Source: Massalongia carnosa (Eukaryota). Taken from it: a DNA stretch of 64,000 nt. Positions 47,701 to 59,823 of this stretch are shown piece by piece; the first letter of the stretch is position 1; each line of letters opens with the position of its first letter. The stretch covers positions 868,001 through 932,000 of the forward strand of contig OZ287086.1 of assembly GCA_965645245.1 (NCBI GenBank), written 5' to 3'. The translations under genes and the position numbers were made by a program. The notes beneath the pieces were generated by a model. It was given only the letters and a program-made list of their open reading frames with translations. It searched no databases and was not told the origin of the DNA.

Positions 47701-50230
47701 TCGATGAAGCTACTCCGTTTCAGGCGGGACGATGGTTAAAAGACATCTCTGCCCGGCATGTTTGGGACCAGCTGCGGACCTGCTGGATCGATACCTATCT
47801 CGGCCCACCAGATATCATCTCCTCCGATACAGGGAAGCAATTTACATCTCGGGAATTTAAGCAATTCGCGGCAAATATGGGAATTGTCATAAAGAATGTT
47901 CCAGTGGAAGTTCATCATTCCATTGGAATGGTTGAACGGTACCATGGACCACTACATCGGGTATACAATATAATCACTTATGAAATTCCCGGGATCGACC
48001 CTGCGCTGGCCCTGCAGATGGCATTCAAGGCAATCAATGACTCGGTCGGTCCGAATGGACTAGTGCCCACTCTATTGGTATTCGGAGCGTACCCAAGAAT
48101 GGTGGAGTCAGATACCACTCCGACAATTACTCAACGCGCTGTAGCCATGCGGAAGGCAATGGATGAGGTCAGAAAAAGCATAGCATCCCGTCAGATCAAC
48201 GATGCGCTTAATACTAGAAATGGACCATCTACGGATTCCATACATGGACTGTCACTAAACTCCCCTGTCCTAGTATTCCGAGAGGGTAATGCGGGACAGA
48301 CGGGGTCATGGAAGGGACCGTTCCGACTCATCTCCATGCAGGATGAGTCGATCATCGTCGAATTGCCAAGTGGCCCGACCAAATTTAGAAGCACGTCAGT
48401 CAAACCATACTACCATCTAAATCCCGAGAATGAATTTCCCAATGCTGCCGAGAATGAAATTCCAAATAACGCAGAATCGGACCCGACAAATCATGAACCA
48501 CAGAATCCCGAGTCCGATCCAATCTCGGAACCAGTCTCGGCACCAGTCAAACGTGGCCGCGGGAGGCCCAGAAAGCATCCAGCCCAGGCTAACCTTTGTT
48601 TCGTCATGAAAGAAGACGAAAATCAATTTCCCATGAAAAATGGAAACCAATTTACCGCATCAAGGCAAAAAGAAAATTCCGGACTACTGGAAAAAGGAGT
48701 ATTCAAACTCGTTCAATTCGAAGACATCCCGGCCGGTGCCCGAGTCTTCAATTCCCGATTTGTAGATGAGATAAAGAATGCCGGGACTGAAAAAGCATTC
48801 GAAAAATCGAGACTAGTGGTACAGGCCTACAACGATATCAATAAAAGCCTGGTACTGACTCAATCACCGACAATCCAAAGGGTGAGTCAGCGACTACTAA
48901 TCTGCCTCGCTACCACCATTTCGAACACTAAGCTCTACCTTCGAGACGTTACTCAAGCGTACGTTCAATCAACGTCAGATTTGAATCGAGACTTCTACAT
49001 TCGCCCGCCTCATGAATTAGCTACGCTACTAGGTGCCCCATCCGACTGCATACTTCAGGTCGTAAAACCACTATACGGGGTCCCGGAGGAAGGTAATCAT
49101 TGGTTCCCTACCTACCACGGGCATCAGCTGAATAGACTCGGGATGACGGAGTCGACATACGATCCGTGCCTACTGTATAAGACCAATTCATCGGAATTCG
49201 GAATCGTCGGAATGCAAACCGACGATACATTAATTCTAGCCAATGACATCTTCGCTACCAAAGAGGAAAAAACCATCAAGGAAGCAAACATCCTGACCAA
49301 GCAACAGGACTGCCTCACCCCTGGCAGCCCAATCAAATTCAACGGAACCAAGATCGACCTAGGCCCAAACGGGGAAATTAAAGTCACGACTAATGCTGAA
49401 GGCATTTCATTAATAGCAAATCACAATGCCGCATCAACTAGCTCTAAGGGAAAAGTCCGGCCCAGGCTATCACCAAAAGACCAATATGTGGCCCAAAGGG
49501 CACGAGGTGCATACATCGCCTCAATCTGCCAACCAGAAGCAGCTTTTGATCTGTCCCATGCGGCGCAGTCCATCGAATTTTCATCAGATGATGTTGCCCT
49601 ACTAAATAAGCGCCTGGATGGGCAATTGGAAAAATAAGACAAGGGGTTTAAAGTATGTCCAACTAGATCAGAATTCACTTCAACTATTAGTCATCTTCAC
49701 CGACGCCTCATTTGCAAATAACCGGGATTTGTCGTCGCAAATTGGATTTGTCATCTGCATTGCAGACTCAACAGGCAAAGCCAACATCATTCACTGGTCG
49801 TCAATCAAGTGCAAACGAGTCACCAGAAGCGTATTAGCTGCGGAACTGTACGGCATGGCAAATGGCTTAGACACCGGCGCGGTGGTCCAGGCTACTCTGA
49901 CAAAGATGCTCGGGTCGTCTGGATCTGAACATGAGATTCCGTTGATACTGTGTACGGATTCCAAATCATTATATGATTGTTTGGTCCGATTGGGAACGAC
50001 CAATGAGAAACGTTTGATGATCGATGTAATGAGCCTCCGACAGTCATATGAAAGGCGAGAAGTGACAGAAGTAAAGTAGATTCATGGTCAGAATAACCCG
50101 GCAGATTCAATGACCAAATCCAAACCATCTTCGGCACTAAAGGCAGTCATCGACATCAATCAGATCTACCTGGACACTTCCGAATGGGTAGAACGGGAGT
50201 TCAAAAAGGGAGCTGGGAATCAGGGGTAGG
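44797..50230 (+). pseudogene. GalEa-like gag-pol (ORFs 44797-45018, 45169-46911, 46878-49637, 49618-50079)
   Basis: Colinear gag-PR-IN-RT-RH, broken by stops, a frameshift and a solo-LTR insertion. Confidence 0.9.
46813..46998. mobile_element. Solo LTR (186 bp) between gag and protease
   Basis: TGTAAC...GTAACA ends with TSD ATTCC. Confidence 0.88.
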
Positions 50231-50783
50231 AATCGAGGCAAAGGGGTAAATTCCGGTCAAAAAGCGACCATTTTTTCCATCTTTCAAAGAGTGCCCAGTG
50301 TAGGTACCAAAAGGGGGATTCCAGAAGAGGATTCTACGGGTATTCTAGAAGGAAGGGGACTAGCCAGATAAGGCTAGAATGGAATGGATCGGAAGGGCTA
50401 GAACAAGCGGGCACGTGCTTATCACGTGTTCGCCCACTATAGATAGTAGCCCTTCCCAGATAGAATCCATTCATCATCTACCAAACCAAGCACCAAGACG
50501 TAATCATCGTATTACGCCAGGTGCAGGTAGGTGGACCCACAAAAACATCTAAAAAACAAGTTTAAAATTGACATAAAAAATCTACCTCGTCCGAAGGGTC
50601 GAATTGGTAAACCCAGGAGCGGTTCCCCAACCCGGTAGTGGGTCGTGTTCGACTAGTCAAAACCCGACCCAACTTGACCCGTTGCGCGGCGTAGATATAT
50701 TTATAACTTGCAATAAACACATTACTTTGCCGCGCAACGGGTTAGATTTTCGTCACAAATTTTCTTTTTCGTTATCGGGTTTT

Positions 50784-52984
50784 TGTTAAGGTTATGGAAT
50801 TATCTATATAGTACTGAAGTAGTAATAATGCGGAGAGGACGTCGTGCGGACAGGAGCAAAACCTTCCCTCTTGCCTCCACCGTACCAGACCGTTTCACTT
50901 CGTCAAACTTGATACATCAACTGATCCTGTGGATATCAGTCCGTATCGCGAAAACTACGTTCTTTTACGCCCGTTGTGGACTGTGAGAGGTGGTCGTTAT
51001 TTGAGGTTTTCATGTTTTGATGTTCCCGAAAACCGCGCTAAATCCGTCCGTCTAACGAACTTGCAAAAAACCTCGATTCGGTTTAACGTTGACTCGATGT
51101 AGTTTAGTGTCGATTATGTCAACATTATTATTGATTTGTTAACGCGTTGTTACTTCATCATTTACTTCATAATCTTCTTTATCTATTTCATAATTTATTT
51201 CAATTATCATTAATTACTGACTATGCAATGATTTTAGTAGTAGACACAAGGTGGTTTGGCAGGTGGACAAAAGATGGTCTGGGTGATAGACAAAAGGAGG
51301 TCTGGGTAATAGACAAAAGATGGTCTGGCAGGTGGACCAAAGGTAGTCTGGGTGATAGACAAAAGGTGGTCTGGGTAGCTGGGTGATGGACACAAGGTGG
51401 TCGGGCAGGTGGTCTGGCAGGTGGTCTGGAGGATGATCAAAAGGTGATATAAGTGATAGACAAAAGTTGGTCTGGCTGGTAGAAAAAAGGTGATATTAGC
51501 GGTAGACAAAAGGTGATCTGGCAGGTAGAAAAAAGGTAGTCTGGGTGATGGACAAAAGGTGGTCTGGCAGGTGGTCTGGATTATGATCAAAAGTTGATAT
51601 GATAGATAGACAAAAGATGGTCAGACAGGTGGACAAAAGGTTGTCTGGCAGGTGGACAAAAGGTGGTCTGGCAGGTAGACAAAAGGTGGTCTGGCAGGTA
51701 GACAAAAGTTGGTCTGGCAGGTAGTCTGGCAGGTTGTCTGGACGATGATCAAAAGGTGAAATGAGGGGTAGACAAAAGGTGCTCTGGCAGGTGGACAAAA
51801 TGTGGCCTGACAGGTAGACAAAAGGTTATATTAGTAGTGGACAAAAGGTAGTCTAGATGATAGACAAAAGGTGGTCAAAAGGTTGTCAAAAGGTGGTCGG
51901 GACGATAGACAAAAGGTGATCTGAGTGATGAACAAATGTGGTCCTGGCAGGTGAAAAAAAGGTTATTAGTGGTGGACAAAAGATGGTCTGGGTGATGATC
52001 AGAAGTTGGTCAAGACGATAAACAAAAGATGATATAGACGATAGACAAAAGACAATATGGACGATAGAAAAAAAGATGATCTAACAGGTGGACAAAAGAT
52101 GATATGGGAGGTGGAAAAAAGGGGATCTGAATAGTGATCAAAAGGGGGTCTGAGTGATGGTCAAAAGGTAGTCTTGCAGGTGAACAAAAGATAATATGTA
52201 CGTTGGTCAATACATGATATGAGTGATGGACAAAAGATGATATAAATAGTGGTCAAAGAGGGTCTGAATGATGGACAAAAGGTGATGAGGGTTATGATTA
52301 AAAGATGGTCTGGACGATGATCTGTCAGTTGATCTGGACGATAGACAGAAGATAGTCTGGAGGGTAGACAAAAAGTAATACGGGTGACGATCAATGTGTG
52401 ATCAGGGTAGTGTAGTGGTCAAAAGGTGGTCAGGACGGTTATCAAGAGATGGTTTGGATGATTGACAAAAGGTGGTCTAGATGGTACATAGATAAACGGT
52501 GTTCTGGGTAGCAGACAAAAAAATGTCGAGGTGGAATTTTAGAGAAAAAAGGGAGGTTATTTGAAAAGCGGCAGAGACTATTTGAAGGCTATTTAGGAGC
52601 TAGATGTGGGGCGTTAGTACAATCAGCGGAGGCTATCTGGGAGACTATTGGAAAGATGCTTTGACAGATGCTTTGGCGGGGGTCAAGGAGGAGATGGTGC
52701 AGGGCCGTTGCGGAGCGAAGCGGAGCAGGTCCGGAGCAGAAATCCGAGATATTTTGAGATTCGCATGAAAAAATAGCAAGCCAAATAGTAAGCAAATGAA
52801 AAGTAGTAGCAAATTAATCTCAGGTCTGAGATGGCACAGTCTCGTGGTATTATGACTATAGTCGTAGCTCTATTTATGGGAAGTCTCAATTGAGACTAGC
52901 GTATTTTAAGCTTATATAGGCGAGTTGACCTGCTCATTTAATCAATATCCTTTAACACTCGTATAATCTTGCCTAGACGCAACA
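50784..52984. mobile_element. 2.2-kb non-coding TG...CA element (very long solo LTR?) containing a minisatellite
   Basis: TGTTAAG...GCAACA ends with 5-bp TSD GTTTT; the host MITE resumes after it. Confidence 0.7.
51240..52520. repeat. Degenerate ~23-bp purine-rich minisatellite with 12-bp subunits
   Basis: GGTAGACAAAAGGTGGTCTGGCA-type units over ~1.3 kb. Confidence 0.92.
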
Positions 52985-55900
52985 GTTTTTCTTTGAAAAC
53001 TTATTGAAATAGGTTTATGACTAAGGCTATATGACTGTACAATAATAAGTGTATGTATAACCGTGATGTTAAGAATGAAGAGTGCTGTTCAGCAGTCTTT
53101 ATCCTATTACTGGTAACCTTCTGTTAAGTCAGGTGATCTTTATCTTATCTTGGGACTAACTTAGGCCTAATGCGGCTTCTACAGTTTCCAAGATGCTATG
53201 TTCATTGTACTGATAGGAGTTGGATATTCAACATCTCCCCTCAAGTCCTATCATACTCTGAACCGTTAGATCTTGACTGACTGTCCGTGATTTCCATGTG
53301 CAGCTGTCTGATAAAAGAGAAGAATTTCACATGGGTCAATGGCTTAGTCAGGCCGTCCGCTACCATATTTTCCGTCGGTATATAGGATAAGTTGATTCGT
53401 CCATCAATGACTTCGTTTCGGATGAAGTGATGCTGAATGTCTATGTGTTTTGTCCTAGAATGTAAAACGGGATTGTTGGCTAGTGCGATTGCACTTTGAT
53501 TGTCGCATTTTAGTGCTATAGCACATTTCCTTTTTAGTACGTTCACTGTTGGAGAGGTATCATCTGTCTTTATCAGGCCGAGTACAGTCATCAATAAGCG
53601 TATCCATATGGTTGCCTTAGCAGCCAAGGTGAGTGCCATATATTCTGCTTCTGTAGATGACAATGCGACGGTTTTCTGTCTCTTGGGACACCAGCTGATA
53701 GGTCTATTGTTTAGCATGAATATATAACCGGAGGTGGATTTGCGATCTTCCCTGTCTCCGGCCCAGTTTGAATCGGAATATCCCTGTACGGTCATGTCAC
53801 CTCCACCATAGGTAATGCCTCTGTCTTTGGTGGCACTGAGGTATCTGAGGATAGTTTTGGCGGCTTCCATGTGTGTTTTGCCAGGATTTTTGGCATGTCT
53901 GCTGACCACTAATATTGCAAAGGCTATGTCTGGTCGTGTTTCTATCATAGCACATATTATGGAGCCAACTATCGCTTGATATTGTTTGATTTCTTTATCA
54001 GAGGCCTGAGAGTCATTTCTGAAAAGACTACCTTCTTTCATTGGGGTAGTAGAGATTTTTGCGTTCTGCATATGAAATTTCTCGAGGATCTTTTCAATAT
54101 AGGCAGGCTGAGAGAGTTTGATTGTTTTGTTAACGCGATTCCGTTCTATTTTTAGACCCAGATAATGACTGATAGGACCAATATCTACCATTTTAAATGC
54201 GATATTGAGTTGCTTTTTGACCTCTGTAATCGTCGGAGAGCCTTTCGGGCCGATTATGTTCAGATCGTCAACAAATGAGGTGACAATGGGCCCTTTAATG
54301 CCAGCGGAGGTGGAAAAGATACTATAATCTGCCTGAAGTTTGAACAGTCCATATAGTGCCTTATTAAGTTTGCAAATCATGCCTGGCGTTTCATATCTTT
54401 TGGGAGTCTGGACGTAGATCAATTGATCAATTATTCCATAAAGGAACGCTATCACGACATCAAGCTGTTCGATGTCTAGGTCATAAAATGCTGCTATGGC
54501 AAATAGCAATCGAAAAGCCATCGGTTTCACGACGGAAGCATAGGTCTGTTCGAAATCTACTCTATACTGTTGGAGATAACCTTTCACCACCTATCTGGAT
54601 TTGAATCGTGTGATCTTTCTATCTATGTCTCGTTTCAGTTTGTACACCAATCTTCCGCTAAGAAAAATATGGCCAGGCTCTATTGAATCAGATGATACTA
54701 GGTCCTAGGTATTATTTTCTAAGAGACTGTTATGTTCGTCATTCATTGATCGACACCATTCTTCTGAATATGCAGAATTCATGGCCTGATGATATATTTG
54801 TGGTTCAGCAACGTCGAGTTGAGACAGTGCATCATAGTTTTCCAGGCCTGATGATCCTTTCTTTTCTAGTGTACTGGCCAGAAGGACTAGTGGATCTACT
54901 TCATCTCTGTCATCGGAAGTATAGACGTGATTTGGCTCAGTTAATGCTTTGTTTGATAGAAGAGATAATATGTGAGCTATATGAACGTGCTTTCTGGGTC
55001 TGCCTCGTCCACGTTTAGGAGATAGAATGGGAAGTATAGTGGTGACTGATTCTGACGGAATGATTATGTCGGGGGCCATGATGATATTATATGTAGGAAC
55101 TTCGGTCTGGTCTTTGGAGATGGCGTCTTCATGAATGCGTAAATCTTTGACCCTGATGACCCTGTAATCCTTTTCAAGAAATACCCGATAAATAGTATAT
55201 CCATCGTAGCCGCACAGAATACCACGTTGAGCTCGAGGTGAAAATTTAGCCGATTTGCTGTTGATGCCTTTCCGTTCTTCTTTATGAATAAGAACATAGA
55301 CAGTGGATCCCAAAACTCCTAGATGGTTCAGAGATGGTGGTTTTATTCATAGAATGTGTATGGGCTTTTGCCTGATAGAGCATTGGTAGGTCTAATATTC
55401 TTGACATGAACCATTGCTAGCACTATCTCTGTCCATAGATAGTCTGGAATGCCTCCCTTGATAATAGTGCACCTGGTCATGTCCATGATGGTTCTGCCTG
55501 CTCGTTCAGACACTCCGTTCTGTTCATGAGAATGCGCAGCGGAGGGTTCAAACGTTATCCTTTCTTTGAGGAACCATTCATCTGTTTTTTGACTTCGAAG
55601 TTCTGTACCAAAGTCGGTGCGAAAAATGCTGATTGGTTTGATTTTTCCAGACTTGTTTTGTGCCAGACTATAATAAGTCAATAGATGAGTAAACCATTCG
55701 CTTTTCTTGAGACCTGTGTAGACATGAGTGTATCGACTAGCATCACAGGTGAAGGTAAAGAAGTAGAGTTCATTCAGAAGTCCTAGGGGCTTGATGGGTC
55801 CAACAAGATCAGAGTGAACCTTCAGGAATAATTCCTCTGTCTTCTTCTGAGTTGACCGTTTATATTGCTTTGTTGCCTTTCCTAGTTCACAGGAGGAACA

Positions 55901-57349
55901 GTACCAATCATCCTTGGTGTCATCCAGAAACGATACGTCTAGACCTTTTAGATATTTCCGACAGCTTGAGATGTTGAGGTGACCGAGACGAGCGTGCCAT
56001 GTTGTCAATTTCACCTCGCTGGACTTGTGATAAATCGCCGTCTCAGGCCATTGAAAGATATCGGCTTCTATTCTTGTAAGATGAATAGCCAGGTCTGGGG
56101 TGTACAAGGTCTTCAGCATGAAGTTGGTATTGACTCTTGGTGCATAGCCTATGATGTCTCTGGATGAAAGAAGAAACAGATTCCAGTTCAGATTGTCAAA
56201 GTAGACCTTATGTTGATTGAGTAATCCAAGACTGACAAGAGTTACTGGACATTGTGGAATGTAAAGAACGTTATTAAGGCCGAATATTGACGAAGGTGTG
56301 TCATCTTCTGATGCAAACGTTATACGAATCATTCCCCTTCCTGGCGAAGTACCATTAGAAGTAGAGCCTGCCAGGTCTGTAGGATAGACTATGTAGTCAG
56401 CGAAAGAAGATCTGTTGTTACATACGTGCATGTCTGCGGCACTATCCAAAAGCCAGGAATTTCTGCTGAGACTCGTCATGGTCATAACCTTCTGCAGCCT
56501 AGTGGTCATGACCAATGTGAGCCAACTGTTCACAGTTGGCAAACTTGTTGTGGTGAGAGACATTGATGGTGTTTCAGTTTTTGAAACAGAGGTTTTTGTC
56601 CCTCTTGTTTTCATAGACTTCAATGGAAATTTGGGTCGTTTCTCAGGATACTTTTGCCAGCATCTTTCTGGTGCATGAGCGGTTGTTCCTTTACTCACAC
56701 ATTCCGAAAAAGTGCAAGTTCCTGGCGGTGTCTTATCGTTTCTACTTAAAACGTTGGTATGAAATGCCTTCTAGTCAAACATATTGACAGAATAAGAGGT
56801 AATTGCTCCGCACGCAACAGTGAGATTTGATTTGCCAGTGAGCCAGTCGCGAGGAAGTTGAGCTATAAGAGGTAGGTAGACATCAGAAACGTTCCGTAAC
56901 AAATATCCTTGAAGAACTTGTTCTGCACCCATTTCGCTCAATTCCGAGTTCTCTTCTATCATGCCCTTTATGGAGTTTAATGCATTTTCATATTCGACGC
57001 AAAATTTAACAGCGCTTTCATATTCTGTCATTCTTTTAAAGCTCATGTTGTAAAGAATGTCGGTGATGCTCATGGGTGCAATATCTTGAAACTTTGTTCT
57101 GAAAGTTCTCCACATTTCACCGGCCGATTTGTTTGCAAGAAGAGTATGATGCTGTTGTGCGACTCGCATTTGGATGATCCTTTCGGCCTTGAGCATAAGA
57201 TGATTCTGTTTTTCAATGTCCGCTCCGACTTTGGTGAAGATCTGTTCATCCTTGATATGTGAATCAGTGAATCCCATTCCCAAGTATTTAAGCTTGATTG
57301 TTTGATATGAGATGGCTAGTATATTGTCTTGAATAGCAAAGATACAGTC

Positions 57350-57796
57350 TGTCAAGGACTGGACAGGGGATTGAACTAATGTTCTTAGGAATTGGATTGG
57401 GTGATCAAGATGTCTTTATTAATAAGGCTATAGCTAGGTGATGGATTGCTATACAAGACGTCGGACAAGGAGTCAACTATCTAATTAACTTGTCCTTCCT
57501 TTTATATTTGTCTTGAACCCCTTTGCATGAAGACTCGATCAGTGTTCATCTCCCCCTATTAGGAGACGTACGGCACGAAGGTTTGACGAGGTGTTGACGA
57601 TAAAAGGTGGAGATGAGGTTCTCCTGTCGTTGGTACGCTTTGATGGTGATGGTACAGCTTTGACCTGAAGCCGTTGAGAGGGGTCTAAACTCGATTTAGT
57701 TAATGAGATTCTGACTAAGCTGAATAGAGGAACGGGAGCTTAGTCAGATTCATCTGCGGGATTGATTCTGGGTCGGGTTGGTTCGATTTCATGACA
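57350..57796. mobile_element. Solo LTR (447 bp) in copia gag
   Basis: TSD CAGTC; near-identical to 27825-28272. Confidence 0.93.
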
Positions 57797-58062
57797 CAGT
57801 CTTTTTGCTTTAAAAATGCTTCCGTGTGGGTTGCCCATTGTGAATAGTCTTCAGCTTTCTCTAATAACAGGACTTTATCCTGAAGAGAATTCGTCATCGC
57901 GGGTTGATAAGGTAAAATAAACAAATTGGATTGATATCTAAAGAGTTCTTATGACAAAAGAAATGTAGATGATGGATGTAGGATATGAGAAGTAAATTCC
58001 TATTAAGAAAAAACTAGACAGTGATCCCTTCCTTTAATCATTTTTCATTTCTTTGTTTCCCG

Positions 58063-58368
58063 TAGTATCTGTCTCTATGCCTGCATTCGGAAGAAAAACT
58101 TATATCCGATAGCGGCCTAAAAAGCTTTCGCATCCAGAAGAGAATTTCTCATATTCCGGAAGCGGCTTAAATGGTTTTCGCATTCGGAAGAGAAGTCTCA
58201 TATTCCGATAGCGGCCTAAAAAGCTTTCGCAGCCAGAAGAGAAAATCTCATATTCCGGAAGCGGCTTAAATAGTTCTCATATTCGGAAGAGAAGTCTCAT
58301 ATTCCGATAGCGGCTTTAAAATGCTTTCACATCCAGAAGAGATAATCTCATATTCCGGAAGCGGCTTT
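58063..58368. repeat. ~55-bp tandem array (~5 copies, alternating variants) in copia 5' UTR
   Basis: Recurrent GAAGAGAA...TCTCATATTCCG(G/A)(A/T)AGCGGC units. Confidence 0.88.
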
Positions 58369-59203
58369 GATAATATTTTGAAAGAAGTGATTTAGACTTC
58401 AAAGAGAGAGCGGAACTCGAATAACATGAATTTATCATGTTTCTTGACAGGCTCTCGTCTTTGAGGTGTGTATCTCTTCTTGTCTTGAGCTTTCTGATTG
58501 TAGTTTTGTCTCTGATCTTCGAAGAATCTATCTTAAATAGTTTCGCTCGATATTCAAGAGATTTACTAGTTTCATAATAGTACTCAAAGACTTTTTAAAT
58601 ATTATATCTTCTTAATGAAGCTCTTTCTTGCAACCAAGTCTTGTACTTGATAAGATGAAATCTCTTACCTTTATGAATCAAGAATAATCGTTGTAGTTTG
58701 TATCATTCTCGTAATAATAAATAGTCAAGGGGTTGAGATTGTTTCTAAAGACACAGACGATTCAGCTTCTTTCTGTAAGAATTCAAACAGATACGATTGC
58801 TTAGCTTAATTAGCACTGTAGTATTGCGGATAAAAGGCTTTCGATTCGTGTAGAATCAATAGCGCCCTTCCGGGCTCATAACCTGTTGAAATAGGTATAT
58901 GACTATGGCTATATGACAATGTAATAATAAGTGTATGTATAACCGTGATGTTAAGGATGAAGAGTGCTGTTTAGCTGTCTTTATCCTATTACTGGTCACC
59001 TTCTGTTAAGTGAGGTGATCTTTATCTTATCTTGGACTAACTTAGCCCTAATGCGGCTTCTACGGTTTCCTAGATGCTATATTCATTGTACTGATCGGAG
59101 TTAGATATTCAACAAAACTTAATCCGGTTATCAAAAATTATAGAATTCGTCACAAATAGTTGAGTTTTCAGTAGAGAAAACCGACTCGTTGCGCGACGTA
59201 TAC

Positions 59204-59428
59204 TGTTGTAATAGGTATATGACTATGGCTATATGACTATGTAATAATAAGTGTTATTTAACCGTGATATTAAGGATAAAGAGTGCTGTTCAGCAGTCTT
59301 TATCCTATTACTAGTCACCTTCTATTAAGCAAGGTAATTTTTATCTTGTCTTGGGACTAGCTAAATGCGGCTTCTACGGTTTCGTAGATGCTATATTTAT
59401 TGTACTGATAAGAGTTGGATATTTAATA
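59204..59428 (-). mobile_element. Solo copia LTR (same family as 58884-59114)
   Basis: Colinear with 58884-59114; TSD TATAC; terminal CA changed to TA. Confidence 0.88.
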
Positions 59429-59622
59429 TATACATTACATCTCTGAAACGATTCTACTTATTCAAGAGTCTAATAACGTTAAAACTCTTGAAATACATTT
59501 CTAATAGATTTTCTGTCGATAACTTAAAACGAGTCTAAAGTTCTTAATCCGTTGAAACGTCTGAGAAAAATGAATTAAAAGTTAACATTAATATGTAACC
59601 GTCTCAATACGGTTCTTGATTA

Positions 59623-59772
59623 CGCCGCGCAACGGATTGGATTTTATATCGAAAATTGCGTTTTTGTCATCAGGTTTTTTGTCTTAAAACCTAACCCGTA
59701 CACAAAAAATATATAAGATTCGCTACAAACGGATTGGGTTTTCCTATTAAAAATCTAATCCCTTACGCGACG
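59623..59772. mobile_element. MITE, ~150-bp form, eroded
   Basis: TA-CGCCGCGCAACGG ... CCTTACGCGACG-TA; colinear with 43847-43994. Confidence 0.78.
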
Positions 59773-59784
59773 TAGTCTTGAATA

Positions 59785-59823
59785 CGCCTCGCAACGGGTC
59801 GGGTTGGGTCGGGTTGGGGAACC
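59785..59823. mobile_element. MITE end interrupted by the gypsy LTR
   Basis: TA-CGCCTCGCAACGGGTCGGGTTGGG. Confidence 0.6.

Larger units (their letters stand above)
44606..50541 (+). mobile_element. Ty1/copia retrotransposon, GalEa-like
   Basis: 5' LTR 44606-44674 (internally deleted), 3' LTR 50299-50541 and TSD AAAAC. Gag knuckle CFVCGKEGC, protease LIDSGAA, LHRRFGH, KSRLVVQAY, MQTDD, FTDASFANNRDLSSQIG and RVTRSVLAAELY. Confidence 0.93.
44357..50691. mobile_element. MITE, ~400-bp form of the same TIR family, split by the GalEa-like copia
   Basis: TA-CGCCACGCAACGG at 44355 and CCCGTTGCGCGGCG-TA ending at 50693. Confidence 0.75.
53002..59114 (-). mobile_element. Ty1/copia retrotransposon with both LTRs and disrupted ORFs
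   Basis: LTRs 53002-53233 and 58884-59114, TSD AAACT, PBS GGTTATGAGCCC (58872-58883) and PPT AGGGGAGA. Motifs WLLDSAADMHVC, WHARLGH, EQNGVSER, SFVDD, YSDSNWAG and SSTEAEY. Confidence 0.95.
50728..59198. mobile_element. MITE (~150-bp form) split by two LTR-type insertions
   Basis: Pieces 50728-50783, 52990-53001 and 59120-59198 join into a sequence colinear with 43847-43994. Confidence 0.75.

Noticed and set aside
51240..52520. Common origin with the passenger's 23-bp minisatellite
   Set aside because: Same period and purine bias, but only weak similarity by eye, which low complexity could explain.
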